Assembly: GCA_963845065.1 (NCBI GenBank)
Contig: CAWJQQ010000009.1
Coordinates: 704,001-768,000, forward strand
DNA from: Nitrospirota bacterium
GTDB lineage: Bacteria > Nitrospirota > UBA9217
DNA: 64,000 nt
Direction of reading: 5' to 3'
Under the pieces are notes generated by a model. It saw nothing but the letters and a program-made list of their open reading frames with translations, was not told the origin of the DNA and did no database searches. Both the position numbers and the translations under genes were made by a program. Of this stretch, positions 1-10,510 are shown in pieces. Position 1 is the first letter of the stretch. Each line of letters starts with the position of its first letter.

Positions 1-63
1 TGTAGTTGCAGCCGAAGGACGCCAGTAATCACGAATAGTTAAGATTATTGGTTGGAAATTCAT
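1..63 (-). pseudogene. Possible 5' fragment of glycyl-tRNA synthetase alpha subunit, frameshifted; runs off the window start
   Basis: Reverse complement reads MNFQPIILTIRDYW and then, with one base missing, (A)SFGCNY, resembling the GlyQ N-terminus MxFQxIILxLxxYWxxxGC. Only 63 nt are visible. Confidence 0.35.
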
Positions 64-235
64 ACTTTACATCTTTCCGAAATCAGCATACTCTTAGCAA
101 AGGGAAAGAAGGCCAGTCCGAGGCTAAAAAAATCATAAAAGCAGCATGTTGAATCTCATTGACCATACGGGATCTCTTCTCTACACAGGTTCTCATCTTC
201 TTAATATATGACACAAATTTTACACCGAAAACTGC

Positions 236-514
236 ATGTTTGGTGCTTTTGTCTTTCTGGCGGATCAGGTCGGCATAACAGACCATGTTAGTATCGGCGA
301 CCGAACGGTGGTTTCCGCCCAGAGCGGCAACGTGAAAGATAGCGAGCCGGGCCAGAAGATCGGTGGGTCTTACTCCATGCCGCAAAAAGACTGGTTTAAG
401 GTGCAGGCAATTCTTCCGAAATTGCCAGAACGCAGAAAACAGATTGCCCATCTTGAGAAACAGGGGCAGGAATTGCGGCTAAAAAATATCAGACATGTAA
501 AAAAAGATTTATGA
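236..514 (+). pseudogene. lpxD: C-terminal fragment of UDP-3-O-acylglucosamine N-acyltransferase (LpxD-like)
   Basis: Hexapeptide-like QVGITDHVSIGDRTVVSAQSG followed by the helical tail DWFKVQAILPKLPE..KQIAHLEK. Only 92 aa; the N-terminal part is absent. Confidence 0.65.
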
Positions 515-829
515 CAAAACCTGAATTATGTGTAAAAGTTGTGATTAAGGTAAGAAGAAGCGAACCTGTTGATGAGATGAACTCTAATCACAGGATCTAC
601 CTAGTATCGCCAGTGAGAGATTCAAACGCGTACTGCCCTTTTTTGGGCCGGAAAAGATACGTTGTTCTGCACAGTATTGAAGGACGTATATGTACCGAGC
701 AGGAATGAACTAGAGGGATTCTGTAAGAAGACCCTGCACACGTTGTGTCCTCGTTACCTGAAGAAAGATTCCGAGTCAAACGCGATGAGCAGGAATGCTC
801 ATCAGGGATGCAAATGAAAATGAGGCGTT

Positions 830-1327
830 GTGGATATGAGACCATTGATCGTCTTGCTGCTTGTCCTTCTTTTCCTCATTCCTTCAGCTGCATATGCTGA
901 TGGTCTGTTCGTCGAAGTCGGCACGGGTTTAGGCTACTCGCGATCCAGCGAGCCCGTCTTCCTTCGATATTATATAGATACCTCTCCCGTGTTCGGACTG
1001 AACAGTTTTTATGATTTCTCCCTCGCCACCTGGAGCGGACCGAACACCAACCACGAGGTCGCAATCGGCAGAGGAGTGCTGTGGGGCTGGACCGAAGAAT
1101 TCTATTCAAGTTTCGAGGCTGGAGGAGCATACCTCTGGAAGACTACCGAGAACCTCGGTACCCGTTTGCAGTTCGCATTCCGGTTTGCCCTCGGATTGAA
1201 GACCGGAACGTTCGATATTTCAGCCGGCTATAATCACATTTCCAACGGGGAGGAAATATTCAAGTGGAGTCATGGCCCTAACACCGGCGAAAACTTCGTG
1301 ACGATCCAGATCGGGCGCATGTTTTAG
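830..1327 (+). CDS. pagL: Lipid A 3-O-deacylase (PagL) family outer-membrane beta-barrel
   Basis: Signal peptide (..AAYA/D), NLGTRLQF motif, catalytic YNHISNG (H-x-S-N) and C-terminal Phe. Alternative start is ATG 836. Confidence 0.75.
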   Translation: MDMRPLIVLLLVLLFLIPSAAYADGLFVEVGTGLGYSRSSEPVFLRYYIDTSPVFGLNSFYDFSLATWSGPNTNHEVAIGRGVLWGWTEEFYSSFEAGGAYLWKTTENLGTRLQFAFRFALGLKTGTFDISAGYNHISNGEEIFKWSHGPNTGENFVTIQIGRMF

Positions 1328-1714
1328 ACAGGGGTAAGGTAAAACAATAAGCGGAACGATCCGATAAGTCAACCTGCGCTCGTGAATAGCACGGGCAATA
1401 TTCGTGAAGAGGGCTTAGATAAAGGGTGGGTCAAAGGTCAAAACCGTTTGGAGGGCCGGGAGGACCGCCGGTAATCCTGAAGACCGTACCGGCAAAAGAG
1501 CTCCAAAATCGAAGAGCGAAGGAAAAAAGCATTCTCAACGAAAGAGATTTGGCATGACTGCTCCACAAGTGAGAGTTGTTTTAGATCTCTGTAAGAAACT
1601 CGTTTATAGCACGTATATGCCTCAAAATCATGTAATAAGCGCCTTTGAATATTTTGACTATACAAGTTACGACTATAAAGCGTAAGTGTGCATAATGTGT
1701 TAAATAGATAAAAG

Positions 1715-3166
1715 TTAGTCTTTGATCCCGGCAACCTCTTTAGCCAGCCTCTTTTTATGTTCAAGATTCCCCTGCCGTGAAATCATAATCCGTTGCGTTT
1801 GAGGTGATCCTGCTCCATGCATGGATTCCGTACGATATCCAACCGCTGCAGTCCCGAGAGTAATATTTTCAATCAGTCGCAGAATTCGTAAGCGATGCTC
1901 TGTGGGAACTGAGACTACTCCTTGGAAATATTTTTTAATTACCTTGCCGATTTCTGGATGGTGAAAATCCTTTTCCGAAGCCATCGTAACCATCAGTCCT
2001 CCAGCAATATCTTCCGCCAGTCGTGCAATTTCGTAGGGAAATCGCGTAACATTCTGCTTGCAAACATTTGCCAGCAGTAAATTAATCAGATAATTGCCCG
2101 AAGAGGTTTGATGACCTTCCGCCGAGCAGGCAATCCCGCAGGCGTAGAGTGTTTCATTGAGATGTATCATTTCGATCAGCTTGTCTTTAATATGAGATGC
2201 TTTTGCCGCTCCATTGTAATCGGCAGCCAGGGCCGCTGCACCTATAAGGACATCACCAACACCGACCTTGCAACCACCATAACTTTGGCGATGATAACCG
2301 GCAAAACGTTCCACCAGGATGCCACTGAATTCATACTCTCCGCACAGAAACACATTTTCCCAGGGTACGAATAAATTGTCAAAAACCATCAAAGCTTCAT
2401 GGCCGCCGAATTGATGGTTGCCCACATCAATATCCCCGCCTTCCAGCTTCCGCGTATCACAGGATTGGCGACCGTAGATATAGAAGATACCTTCTGCATC
2501 AGAAGGTGCAACAAAAGAAAGAGCATAATTGCTATCTTCTTTAGTCATGGCGATTGTCGGCATCACAAGAATCCAGTGGGAATTGATAGCTCCTGTTTGA
2601 TGGGCCTTGGCGCCCCGGACGATAATGCCATCCTTCCTCTTTTCTACCACGCGAGTATAGAGGTCTGGATCAGCCTGCTTGCCGGGCGACAAACTGCGGT
2701 CGCCTTTGGGGTCGGTCATGGCGCCATCCACTGTCAAATCATCTTCCTGAATTTTGAGCAAGAACTTAAGAAATCTTTCATGATATTGAGTGCCGAGTTT
2801 TTTATCCATTTCAAAGGTGACGCTGTCGACGGCATTGATGGCATCCATTCCAACGCAACGCTGAAAGCACGCACCGGTTTTCTGTCCAAGTAGCCGTTGC
2901 ATTTTAACTTTTTTGATCAGGTCTGAGGTGTTTTGATGTAAATGGCAGAACCTGTTGATCTTTTGTCCTGTCAGGTGTGATGTTGCCGTCATCAGGTCTT
3001 CATTCTGCGGATCATTGGCCAGGGTGTACGTCATTTTTACGGAATTCATTGAAGGTCTGATGATAGGATGGTCCACCGGATTTTTCACCTGTTCACCCAT
3101 CAGATAGATTTTAAGCTTCAGTTTGCGCAAACTTTCTTCATATTGTTCAGAAGTTTTCAGTGCCAT
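1715..3166 (-). CDS. abfD: 4-hydroxybutyryl-CoA dehydratase / vinylacetyl-CoA isomerase
   Basis: 483 aa with CFQRCVGMDA, GAMTDPKGDR, GAKAHQTG, YHRQSYGGCK and ESMHGAGSP motifs; the 3Cys+His Fe-S ligands are present; RBS AAGGAGG. Confidence 0.9.
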   Translation of the reverse strand: MALKTSEQYEESLRKLKLKIYLMGEQVKNPVDHPIIRPSMNSVKMTYTLANDPQNEDLMTATSHLTGQKINRFCHLHQNTSDLIKKVKMQRLLGQKTGACFQRCVGMDAINAVDSVTFEMDKKLGTQYHERFLKFLLKIQEDDLTVDGAMTDPKGDRSLSPGKQADPDLYTRVVEKRKDGIIVRGAKAHQTGAINSHWILVMPTIAMTKEDSNYALSFVAPSDAEGIFYIYGRQSCDTRKLEGGDIDVGNHQFGGHEALMVFDNLFVPWENVFLCGEYEFSGILVERFAGYHRQSYGGCKVGVGDVLIGAAALAADYNGAAKASHIKDKLIEMIHLNETLYACGIACSAEGHQTSSGNYLINLLLANVCKQNVTRFPYEIARLAEDIAGGLMVTMASEKDFHHPEIGKVIKKYFQGVVSVPTEHRLRILRLIENITLGTAAVGYRTESMHGAGSPQTQRIMISRQGNLEHKKRLAKEVAGIKD

Positions 3167-4026
3167 TGCGGAAAGCCTCCTTAAATTGACTTGTTTGGTT
3201 TATTATTAAATCATAGGATTAGTTTAAATGTTTCTATACAGGGTTCAACGCCAATTAATTTCGTATAGACTATTTTTTCAAAAATAATAAATATTGACAC
3301 CACAATGGAGTTGATCCTAAAAAAAAGAAACGGTTGAATATTTTACTATTTTAATTGTATAGATTGGCAAATTAAATCGCCGATCAATGCTGCGATGAAT
3401 ATATGCTTGATAGCCTCAGATGTCAATTCTATCGATTGGATATTTTATAGGTAGCGTTAACGAATTTTGATTGTGTCTTTATGAGATGAGAAATGGAAAC
3501 TTTAATAGAAACAGGATGAAAGTTGCACTGCTAGCTACAAACAATATCCGTCACTTTTTCAGTGATCTCGGTAACCCTCCACAACACCCACAACTATAAA
3601 ATGTCATTATTGAGAAGAGGTAAAAAAATTGTGGTTGTAGTGTCCATTTCAGCGAGTGGAACAACGTGGATTATTATTTTGTTAGCAAAACAGGGTTCTT
3701 ACCGCAAAGAAGTGGAGCGCTATGAGCAATCCCGTTTATCATGATAAGAATGCAAAACGTAGTGCGGTTGTTTTTTTTAGTCTCTTTCACTTTATTACAG
3801 TGAAGCACGCATCTTCATTTTTGCAATCAACACAGCCGTATTACTGTGGTCGATAACCCGTTCGTCTACGCGTCCCATGAGGGGCCTTTTAAGCCCCATC
3901 CTCTAATGACTGCAAACAATAATTAAGTTTGTGGTATTTTATCGTGAAGCGTTTACAATGACAGCTCCCATAACATTATTGACATTTTATTGAGTCAGGA
4001 ATATATTCAAAATAAACGATATAATT

Positions 4027-5841
4027 ATGACTCTTTATCCAAAACGAGTTTCCCGTTCGATCACCTTGAAACTCATTCTATACCTCGGTCTTCTCATAAT
4101 CATAGGGTGGAGCCTATCCTGGTATGCTTTGATCCATGCGGGGAAAAGAAATCTCCTGGCCGGAGTTGTGAGCCGTGCGGCTTCCAATTCGGAGTTGGTG
4201 AAAAAAGGCACGCGGTATAGCATGCTAACAGTCAACAGGCAGGCCATTCAACAGACCATCGAGGAAATCGGATCAACTAAGGACATCGAGGGGATCAGAA
4301 TATTCGACAACAAGGGCAGTATTTACTATTCGTCGAAAGTAAAGGAAATCGGGCGTCAGGTTAACCGGGGGGCGCAAGCATGCATTGGCTGTCATGCCAA
4401 CCCCATGAAACCTGCTGAGACCTTGACCGGCGACCAGCAGTGGGGCACGTACACCGGAACCAAAGGCTACCGTGTACTGACGTTCGTAGAGCCGATTTAC
4501 AACGATCCTACCTGTTCCGGGGCGGCGTGCCATTTCCATCCTGAAAGTCAAAAGGTCCTCGGCGTTCTCGAAGCCGATTTCTCCCTGCTCTCGCTCGATA
4601 ACGAAATCCGGAGACAGACGCTCGCGATAACCGTCTATGCCGTTTTGCTCGCTGGAATTATTTTTGCGATACTGTATGCCGTTTTGCGAAAGATTCTGCT
4701 CGAGCCGGTATCGTCCATTTCAGATGCTATGAAAAAGGTCGCTGGCGGCGATCTGACGCATAGGGTGGACCTCAATACGCAGGACGAAATGGGCCTGCTT
4801 GCGCAAACGTTCAATACCATGACCGGCGATCTTGGGGCCGCGAAGCTCCAAATGGAACATTGGAACCAGACGCTGGAGGAAGAGGTAGAGAGAAAGACAG
4901 ACGAACTCAGAAAATCGCAGAGCAAACTGGTTGAATCCGAAAAATTGGCGGCGCTCGGAAGGCTTACCGCTGATGTGGCGCATGAGATCAGGAATCCCCT
5001 TACCTCGGTTGGCGGGTTTGCCCGTAGACTACATAAAGAGGCAACAACGGAAAAAGAGCGGAAATACGCCGAGATTATAGAAACGGAAGTGGTCAGGCTT
5101 GAAAAAATATTACGCGATGTGCTTATATTTTCGCGCGATGCGCGGTTTTTTCTAGAGAGGCATTCGATGGCCGAAGCGGTCCGGGCAACTGCCCTTTTGT
5201 ACCAGGACGAATGCGCGGAAAGGGGGATAACTATTCGCGTAGAGATCCTGGGCGCTCTCCCCACAATTTTGATGGACAAGGACCAAATGCTTCAGGCTCT
5301 CGGCAATCTGATCACCAATGCGGAGGACGCGATGCAGAACGGCGGTACGTTGGAACTCCAGGCCGGAATGGAGAAAATGCGGCATGCGACCTTTGTCTTT
5401 GTAAAAGTATCTGATACGGGAACGGGAATCGATGCGGACAAACTGCCTCTGATTTTCGAACCGTTTTTTTCGACGAAGGAAATCGGCCGCGGTACAGGAC
5501 TCGGCCTTTCGATCACGAGAAAGATCATGGAAGAACACGGCGGTTTCGTGAAAGCGGCAAGCGTGCGGGGAAAAGGATCTGCCTTCAGCCTCTATTTCCC
5601 GTGCCAGCGCGAAGAGGACGCACGCAAGGTGCCGTGCTGGGAGTACATGCACTGCGGAAGGGACCGGGACGCGACCAGGAAATGTCCGGCCTACCCGCAT
5701 TTCGGCAGGCTTTGCTGGATCGTTGCAGGCACATACTGCGAAAGTAAGGTGCAGGGGACCTTTGCAGCGAAAGGAGGTGGATGCGACACCTGCGGGTTTT
5801 TTAAAGATGCCGTGTTAGGGAAAACTGCAGATTCAGGATGA
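4027..5841 (+). CDS. HAMP sensor histidine kinase with periplasmic heme-c motifs and C-terminal two-CW (Cys/Trp) domain
   Basis: Two TM helices, CIGCH and CSGAACH between them, HAMP (DEMGLLAQTFNTM), H-box AHEIRNPL, N/G1/F/G2 boxes, and tail CWEYMHC..CPAY..CWIVAGTYC..CDTC. Confidence 0.9.
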   Translation: MTLYPKRVSRSITLKLILYLGLLIIIGWSLSWYALIHAGKRNLLAGVVSRAASNSELVKKGTRYSMLTVNRQAIQQTIEEIGSTKDIEGIRIFDNKGSIYYSSKVKEIGRQVNRGAQACIGCHANPMKPAETLTGDQQWGTYTGTKGYRVLTFVEPIYNDPTCSGAACHFHPESQKVLGVLEADFSLLSLDNEIRRQTLAITVYAVLLAGIIFAILYAVLRKILLEPVSSISDAMKKVAGGDLTHRVDLNTQDEMGLLAQTFNTMTGDLGAAKLQMEHWNQTLEEEVERKTDELRKSQSKLVESEKLAALGRLTADVAHEIRNPLTSVGGFARRLHKEATTEKERKYAEIIETEVVRLEKILRDVLIFSRDARFFLERHSMAEAVRATALLYQDECAERGITIRVEILGALPTILMDKDQMLQALGNLITNAEDAMQNGGTLELQAGMEKMRHATFVFVKVSDTGTGIDADKLPLIFEPFFSTKEIGRGTGLGLSITRKIMEEHGGFVKAASVRGKGSAFSLYFPCQREEDARKVPCWEYMHCGRDRDATRKCPAYPHFGRLCWIVAGTYCESKVQGTFAAKGGGCDTCGFFKDAVLGKTADSG

Positions 5842-6128
5842 CGCGGAGTCGGGGTACTTTTGTGGCTTCAAAGTACCATGTGCGTAAGCCCATGGGTGTC
5901 TCCTGCATTCGAAAATAACTACTTCAACTACCTACTACAATTCTGCAATGACAATGTCGTGACAATGGCAAAGCATGCATGATGTAACATTATGCTTTGC
6001 AAAGTATGAAACTACAATAGTTGCAGGAATAATTCACCAGCACACGGTGCAACCATCATTCTTCACATCATTCTCAAAATAATAGCTACACTGGCAAGGA
6101 AGGATTTCTGAGCAGTGATAAACTCAGT

Positions 6129-6150
6129 GCCCATTATTGGGCTTTTTTTT
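6129..6150 (+). terminator. Putative intrinsic terminator
   Basis: GCCCA-ttat-TGGGC hairpin followed by T8. Confidence 0.45.
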
Positions 6151-6943
6151 CGTTTCCGCAGGTTGAGCCGTATCCAAACGCTTGCCTGAAATATAACGCG
6201 ACATGAATCGGAATGGGTGGGCGGCATGGATCGGGATTCATATTAGTGGCAGCCAGGGCAAGTTTGATGTCAAGGACGTGGCAAATGTCATTCATCTCAT
6301 TGTCCAGGGGAACTACTCATATTACGAATATCCCCCGTTTTACGGCCTAACTTGCGCGTACTCATTGCCCATTAACGTCGTTAAAAAAAATGGGATTCAG
6401 CATGGGCGTGAGTATTCGCAATCAAATTATTGAACAACATTTCTTGAGTTGGACCAACAGCACATCTCATCGTCAACTCTGACCATGGTGATGGCATGCC
6501 TCGCTCCTTTGGAGATAACCAAGATAGCATTGATGTACGCATGGTACCTCCATCTGAAGTGGTATCTGGGATTTCTTTAGGATGAAGTCGCTAGGAATGG
6601 GATAGTGAGATTCTACTAGAAGTAATGATATCATGCTGAAGCTACTGTATGTATTGTGCAATCTATGGTATATTTGAAAGTCAGAGGCCTATCCTGAATC
6701 AGTTGAGGTTTCCATTCTCTGTAACTCGTAATCTTCCAACCCGAAATCTACAACGCCTACCCTACCATTATTCAATCTTGACATATGCATGATGAAGCGC
6801 TATCTTTTTTAATAAACCCTGCGCCTGCACTAGTCCTGAGGCAAAATGTCACAATCAATCACATAAGTTCGGAGTTTAATCCCGAAGAGTATCGGTATTC
6901 ATCGCTCAACATATCAAGTTCAACAACACCTAGGAGAACAATC

Positions 6944-7606
6944 ATGAAACATATAGCATATTCCTTCATTGTATTACTGGTGGCCCTGACGCTCCTGTAC
7001 GCCACAGTCCCTGCTACGGAGGCGCTTAAGCCCATGGTCTTGATGAAGCCGCAAACGGACGGTGGAAGACCACTCATGCAGGTGCTGAAGGACAGAAGTT
7101 CTTCGCGGTCATTCAGCAGCGAAAAGCTTCCGCTCCAGGTACTTTCCAATCTACTATGGGCGGCTTTTGGAGTAAACCGTCCGGACTCGGGAGGGAGGAC
7201 CGCTCCCTCGGCAAAAAACGCTCAGGAGATCGAAATCTATGTCGCCATGGAAGACGGCCTCTATCTCTATGATGCCAAGACCCAGACGTTGAACCCGATC
7301 CTTGCTGAAGACGTCCGTGCGCTGACCGGTCGCCAGCCTTTCGTGAAAGATGCACCCGTGAACCTGATCTACGTCGCCGATTTTGCACGTCTGACCGGAT
7401 CGTCACAGGAGGACAAGAATCTCTATTCTGCCGCTGGTGCCGGTTTCATCGGCGAGAATGTCTACCTCTTCTGCGCTTCCGAAGGGCTTGTCACGGTCGT
7501 ACGCGGTTCCATTGACCGGCAGGCGTTGGCAACAGTCATGAAGTTGAGGAACGATCAAAAAATCATTCTAGCGCAGACTGTCGGATACCCGAAGAAGAAA
7601 CCATGA
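6944..7606 (+). CDS. SagB/ThcOx-type nitroreductase family protein with signal peptide
   Basis: RBS AGGAG before ATG 6944; RSSSRSF, LSNLLWAAFG, RTAPSA and QTVGYP motifs. Confidence 0.85.
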   Translation: MKHIAYSFIVLLVALTLLYATVPATEALKPMVLMKPQTDGGRPLMQVLKDRSSSRSFSSEKLPLQVLSNLLWAAFGVNRPDSGGRTAPSAKNAQEIEIYVAMEDGLYLYDAKTQTLNPILAEDVRALTGRQPFVKDAPVNLIYVADFARLTGSSQEDKNLYSAAGAGFIGENVYLFCASEGLVTVVRGSIDRQALATVMKLRNDQKIILAQTVGYPKKKP

Positions 7607-7636
7607 ACAGGGTGTATTATGATTCGCTTGTAGTTA

Positions 7637-8740
7637 TTAACCGTCTCATAATAAAGTGGACATATTCATACGATTATGCTATATTTAGCGCATGAGAAAA
7701 ACAGATGCGCGAAAACTTGACCATAAGACTCTGACGGCGGTAAGACGACGGGCTGTAGCTAGCGTACAAGAAGGACATAGCCCTGAGATTGTCGCCCAAA
7801 CAATGGGGATAGCCCGCGCGACCATGTATGGTTGGCTGGCAAAATACCGCGACGGCGGCTGGGGTTCTCTTGATGCTCGGAAACGGGGCGGAAGGCCACC
7901 TAAACTTGATGGTCCTGCCATGCAGTGGATTTTCCGCACCGTGACAATGAAGAATCCTCTTCAAATGAAATCCACCTATGCTCTGTGGACCGCGAAAATG
8001 GTTAGAAAGGTGATCTCCGATCGATTTGGCGTTAAATTGAGCAAAATGTCTGTTTGCCGTTTGCTGGCACGATTGGGACTTACTCCGCAGCGTCCTATTT
8101 GGCGTGCCTATCAGCAAAAGCCGGAAGAAGTTCAGCGCTGGTTGAATAAAGAGTACCCAAAGATCCGAAGCCTGGCCCGCAGAGAAAAGGCGCAGATATT
8201 CTTTGGTGACGAGGCTGGTGTACGATCTGACCATCATTCGGGTACCACCTGGGCAGTTCAAGGAAAGACGCCTGTCGTGAGCAGCACCGGCGCCCGTTTC
8301 GGATTGAACATGATTTCTGCTGTGAGCGCCCAAGGTGAATTCAGATTCATGGTAGTCAGAGGCCGTGTGGGCGCAGCTCTTTTTGTCGCGTTTATCAAGC
8401 GGTTGGTTCATGGCTCTGACCGTAAGATTTTCCTGATAGTTGATGGACATCCGCCTCACAAGGCACGTAAGGTTACCAAATTTACCGAAACGATTAAAGA
8501 CCATTTTCGGCTCTTCTATCTTCCAGCGTACTCGCCGGAGCTTAATCCCGACGAACCGGTTTGGAATGACTTGAAGAACAATGCTATTGGGCGTTACGCT
8601 ATTACAAGCCCGGAGCAATTACATCGTGCTGTCGTGAGTCATCTTCGGTTTATCCAGAAATCGTCGGATCGTGTGCAAGCCTATTTTAATGGCGACAACA
8701 AAGTAGCTGCTTGATGTTCAGACTATTTTGAGACCATTAA
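7637..8740 (+). mobile_element. IS630-family insertion sequence
   Basis: Imperfect terminal IRs (TTAAccGTCTCAtAATAaagTGgACAT vs reverse complement TTAAtgGTCTCAaAATAgtcTGaACAT), flanked by TA at 7635-7636 and 8741-8742. Confidence 0.9.
7692..8714 (+). CDS. IS630-family transposase
   Basis: N-terminal HTH, FFGDEAG, IVDGHPPH and LPAYSPELNPDE (DDE) motifs. Confidence 0.95.
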   Translation: MRKTDARKLDHKTLTAVRRRAVASVQEGHSPEIVAQTMGIARATMYGWLAKYRDGGWGSLDARKRGGRPPKLDGPAMQWIFRTVTMKNPLQMKSTYALWTAKMVRKVISDRFGVKLSKMSVCRLLARLGLTPQRPIWRAYQQKPEEVQRWLNKEYPKIRSLARREKAQIFFGDEAGVRSDHHSGTTWAVQGKTPVVSSTGARFGLNMISAVSAQGEFRFMVVRGRVGAALFVAFIKRLVHGSDRKIFLIVDGHPPHKARKVTKFTETIKDHFRLFYLPAYSPELNPDEPVWNDLKNNAIGRYAITSPEQLHRAVVSHLRFIQKSSDRVQAYFNGDNKVAA

Positions 8741-8821
8741 TAAGGCGGGAATTAGACCGCTGAAAGTCATGTATGAATGGATTACGCTAAAAAGCAGTGA
8801 GTCTGTTAAAGTAAATGAGAG

Positions 8822-9616
8822 GTGATTTTGGGCAAATTGGACGGGAAAGTAGCGATAGTAACCGGCGGTGGCCGGGGCATCGGCAAGGCCATTGCCGAAG
8901 GTTACGTGCAGGAGGGTTGCCGCGTGGTGGTGACCGCAGCTCGCGAGAGGAGGGAAATCGATTCCTTTGTCACTGCCTGGGGAAAGGGGAAAGCCCTTGC
9001 TCTTCTGGCGGATGTTACCGAGTACCGCGCCTGTGAAGGCGTCATAAGCGAAACGGTTTCCCGCTTCGGCCGTATTGATGTGCTCGTGAACAACGCCGGC
9101 CGGGGTATGAAATACGTTTCCCCGACCTTCATGACTGAGCCGACTCGTTTCTGGGAAACAGACCCCGAGACATGGAAAATGGTGATAGATACGAACGTGA
9201 ACGGTCCATTCTTCATGGCCCGCGCGGCGATGCCGCACCTGTTGCGTCAAAAGAGCGGTGCGATTATCAATGTGACCATGAGCTACGAGACCATGAAACG
9301 CAGAGGGTTCTCACCCTACGGCCCGTCAAAAGCAGCCCTTGAGTCCGACACAATCATCTGGGCCCAAGACTTGGAAGGCACAGGTATAACCATGAACGAG
9401 ATCCTTCCCGGTGGCGCTACTGAAACCGGCATGATCCCATCTGGCATTTCGGCCGACATCCGTTCGCGCCTGCTCAAGCCCGAGATCATCGTTCCCGTTG
9501 CCGTCTTTCTTGCATCCGATGAAGGACGGAGAATCACGGGCAGGCGCCTCACCGCAACGGAATGGTCGCTCGATAAAGCCGATGGCGTACCTGCCTCGAA
9601 AGGCATCGGTGCATAG
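8822..9616 (+). CDS. Short-chain dehydrogenase/reductase
   Basis: TGGGRGIG, NNAG and YGPSK (YxxxK) motifs. Confidence 0.92.
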   Translation: MILGKLDGKVAIVTGGGRGIGKAIAEGYVQEGCRVVVTAARERREIDSFVTAWGKGKALALLADVTEYRACEGVISETVSRFGRIDVLVNNAGRGMKYVSPTFMTEPTRFWETDPETWKMVIDTNVNGPFFMARAAMPHLLRQKSGAIINVTMSYETMKRRGFSPYGPSKAALESDTIIWAQDLEGTGITMNEILPGGATETGMIPSGISADIRSRLLKPEIIVPVAVFLASDEGRRITGRRLTATEWSLDKADGVPASKGIGA

Positions 9617-9699
9617 CGAACAGCACGATCACTTCACAAAAATATCATTACCTGCGACACAACCTGTTTGATTACTCCGTCGAAAAGGAGGTCGTTCTC

Positions 9700-10446
9700 A
9701 TGGATAAAGCACTGAAGACAAAGTTTGTCGGGCTATGGAGCCGATATTTCAACGCAGCTGAGCTTCCTCTAGCTTTTTATTACACTGATCGGACAGACAA
9801 TACTGAACGCATACCAGCCCCTTCGGCCCATATGTGCATGATTGGCGTGCTGGCCAAAGCAAGAAAAGGCACATCACTTTATTTCGAGGCTGACTCGATC
9901 GGCTGCCGCGGGGGGAAGCGATATTCCGGATTTACAGACGAAATCAGCCCTCAATTCGAATATTTTCTCTCGTGTGGCATTCCCTACAAGCTCGAAGGTG
10001 AGCGCTATAAGAAGACTCCTGAGATCGTCAGGGAGATGGTAAGGATACAATCGAAATTTGTGGCTCCCGCACATACTATCGTTTTCAAAAGGTTCGACAT
10101 GCTTGAGGAATCAGACAACCCGGACGTTGTTGTCTTTTTCGCGAACCCCGATGTGCTTTCCGGCCTCTTTACACTTGCAAACTACGATGAGACTGAACCA
10201 AACGGAGTTTATTGTCCCTTTTCTGCCGGGTGTGGTTCAATAATTCAGTATCCCTATCTGGAAAAAACCTCGGACAGACCACGAGCTGTAATCGGAATGT
10301 TTGATGTATCGGCCAGACCTTATGTCCCCAAGGAAACACTAACATTTGCGGTGCCAATAAATAAATTCATGCGTATGCTCGATAATATGGAAGAAAGCTT
10401 TCTCATCACGAGAAGCTGGGAAAAAGTGAGGAAAAGATTGAGCTGA
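9700..10446 (+). CDS. DUF169 family protein
   Basis: C..IGCRGG..EGERYKK..PDVVVFF..AGC..GMFDVSAR pattern; RBS AAGGAGG. Confidence 0.8.
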   Translation: MDKALKTKFVGLWSRYFNAAELPLAFYYTDRTDNTERIPAPSAHMCMIGVLAKARKGTSLYFEADSIGCRGGKRYSGFTDEISPQFEYFLSCGIPYKLEGERYKKTPEIVREMVRIQSKFVAPAHTIVFKRFDMLEESDNPDVVVFFANPDVLSGLFTLANYDETEPNGVYCPFSAGCGSIIQYPYLEKTSDRPRAVIGMFDVSARPYVPKETLTFAVPINKFMRMLDNMEESFLITRSWEKVRKRLS

Positions 10447-10510
10447 TGGTCTCATTGATGCACGCTGCCTCCATAACAGCACAAGATACTTTTTCAGAAA
10501 GGAGCCAATA

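Noticed and set aside
7674..8618. 314-aa antisense ORF
   Set aside because: Shadow of the IS630 transposase on the opposite strand; no motifs.
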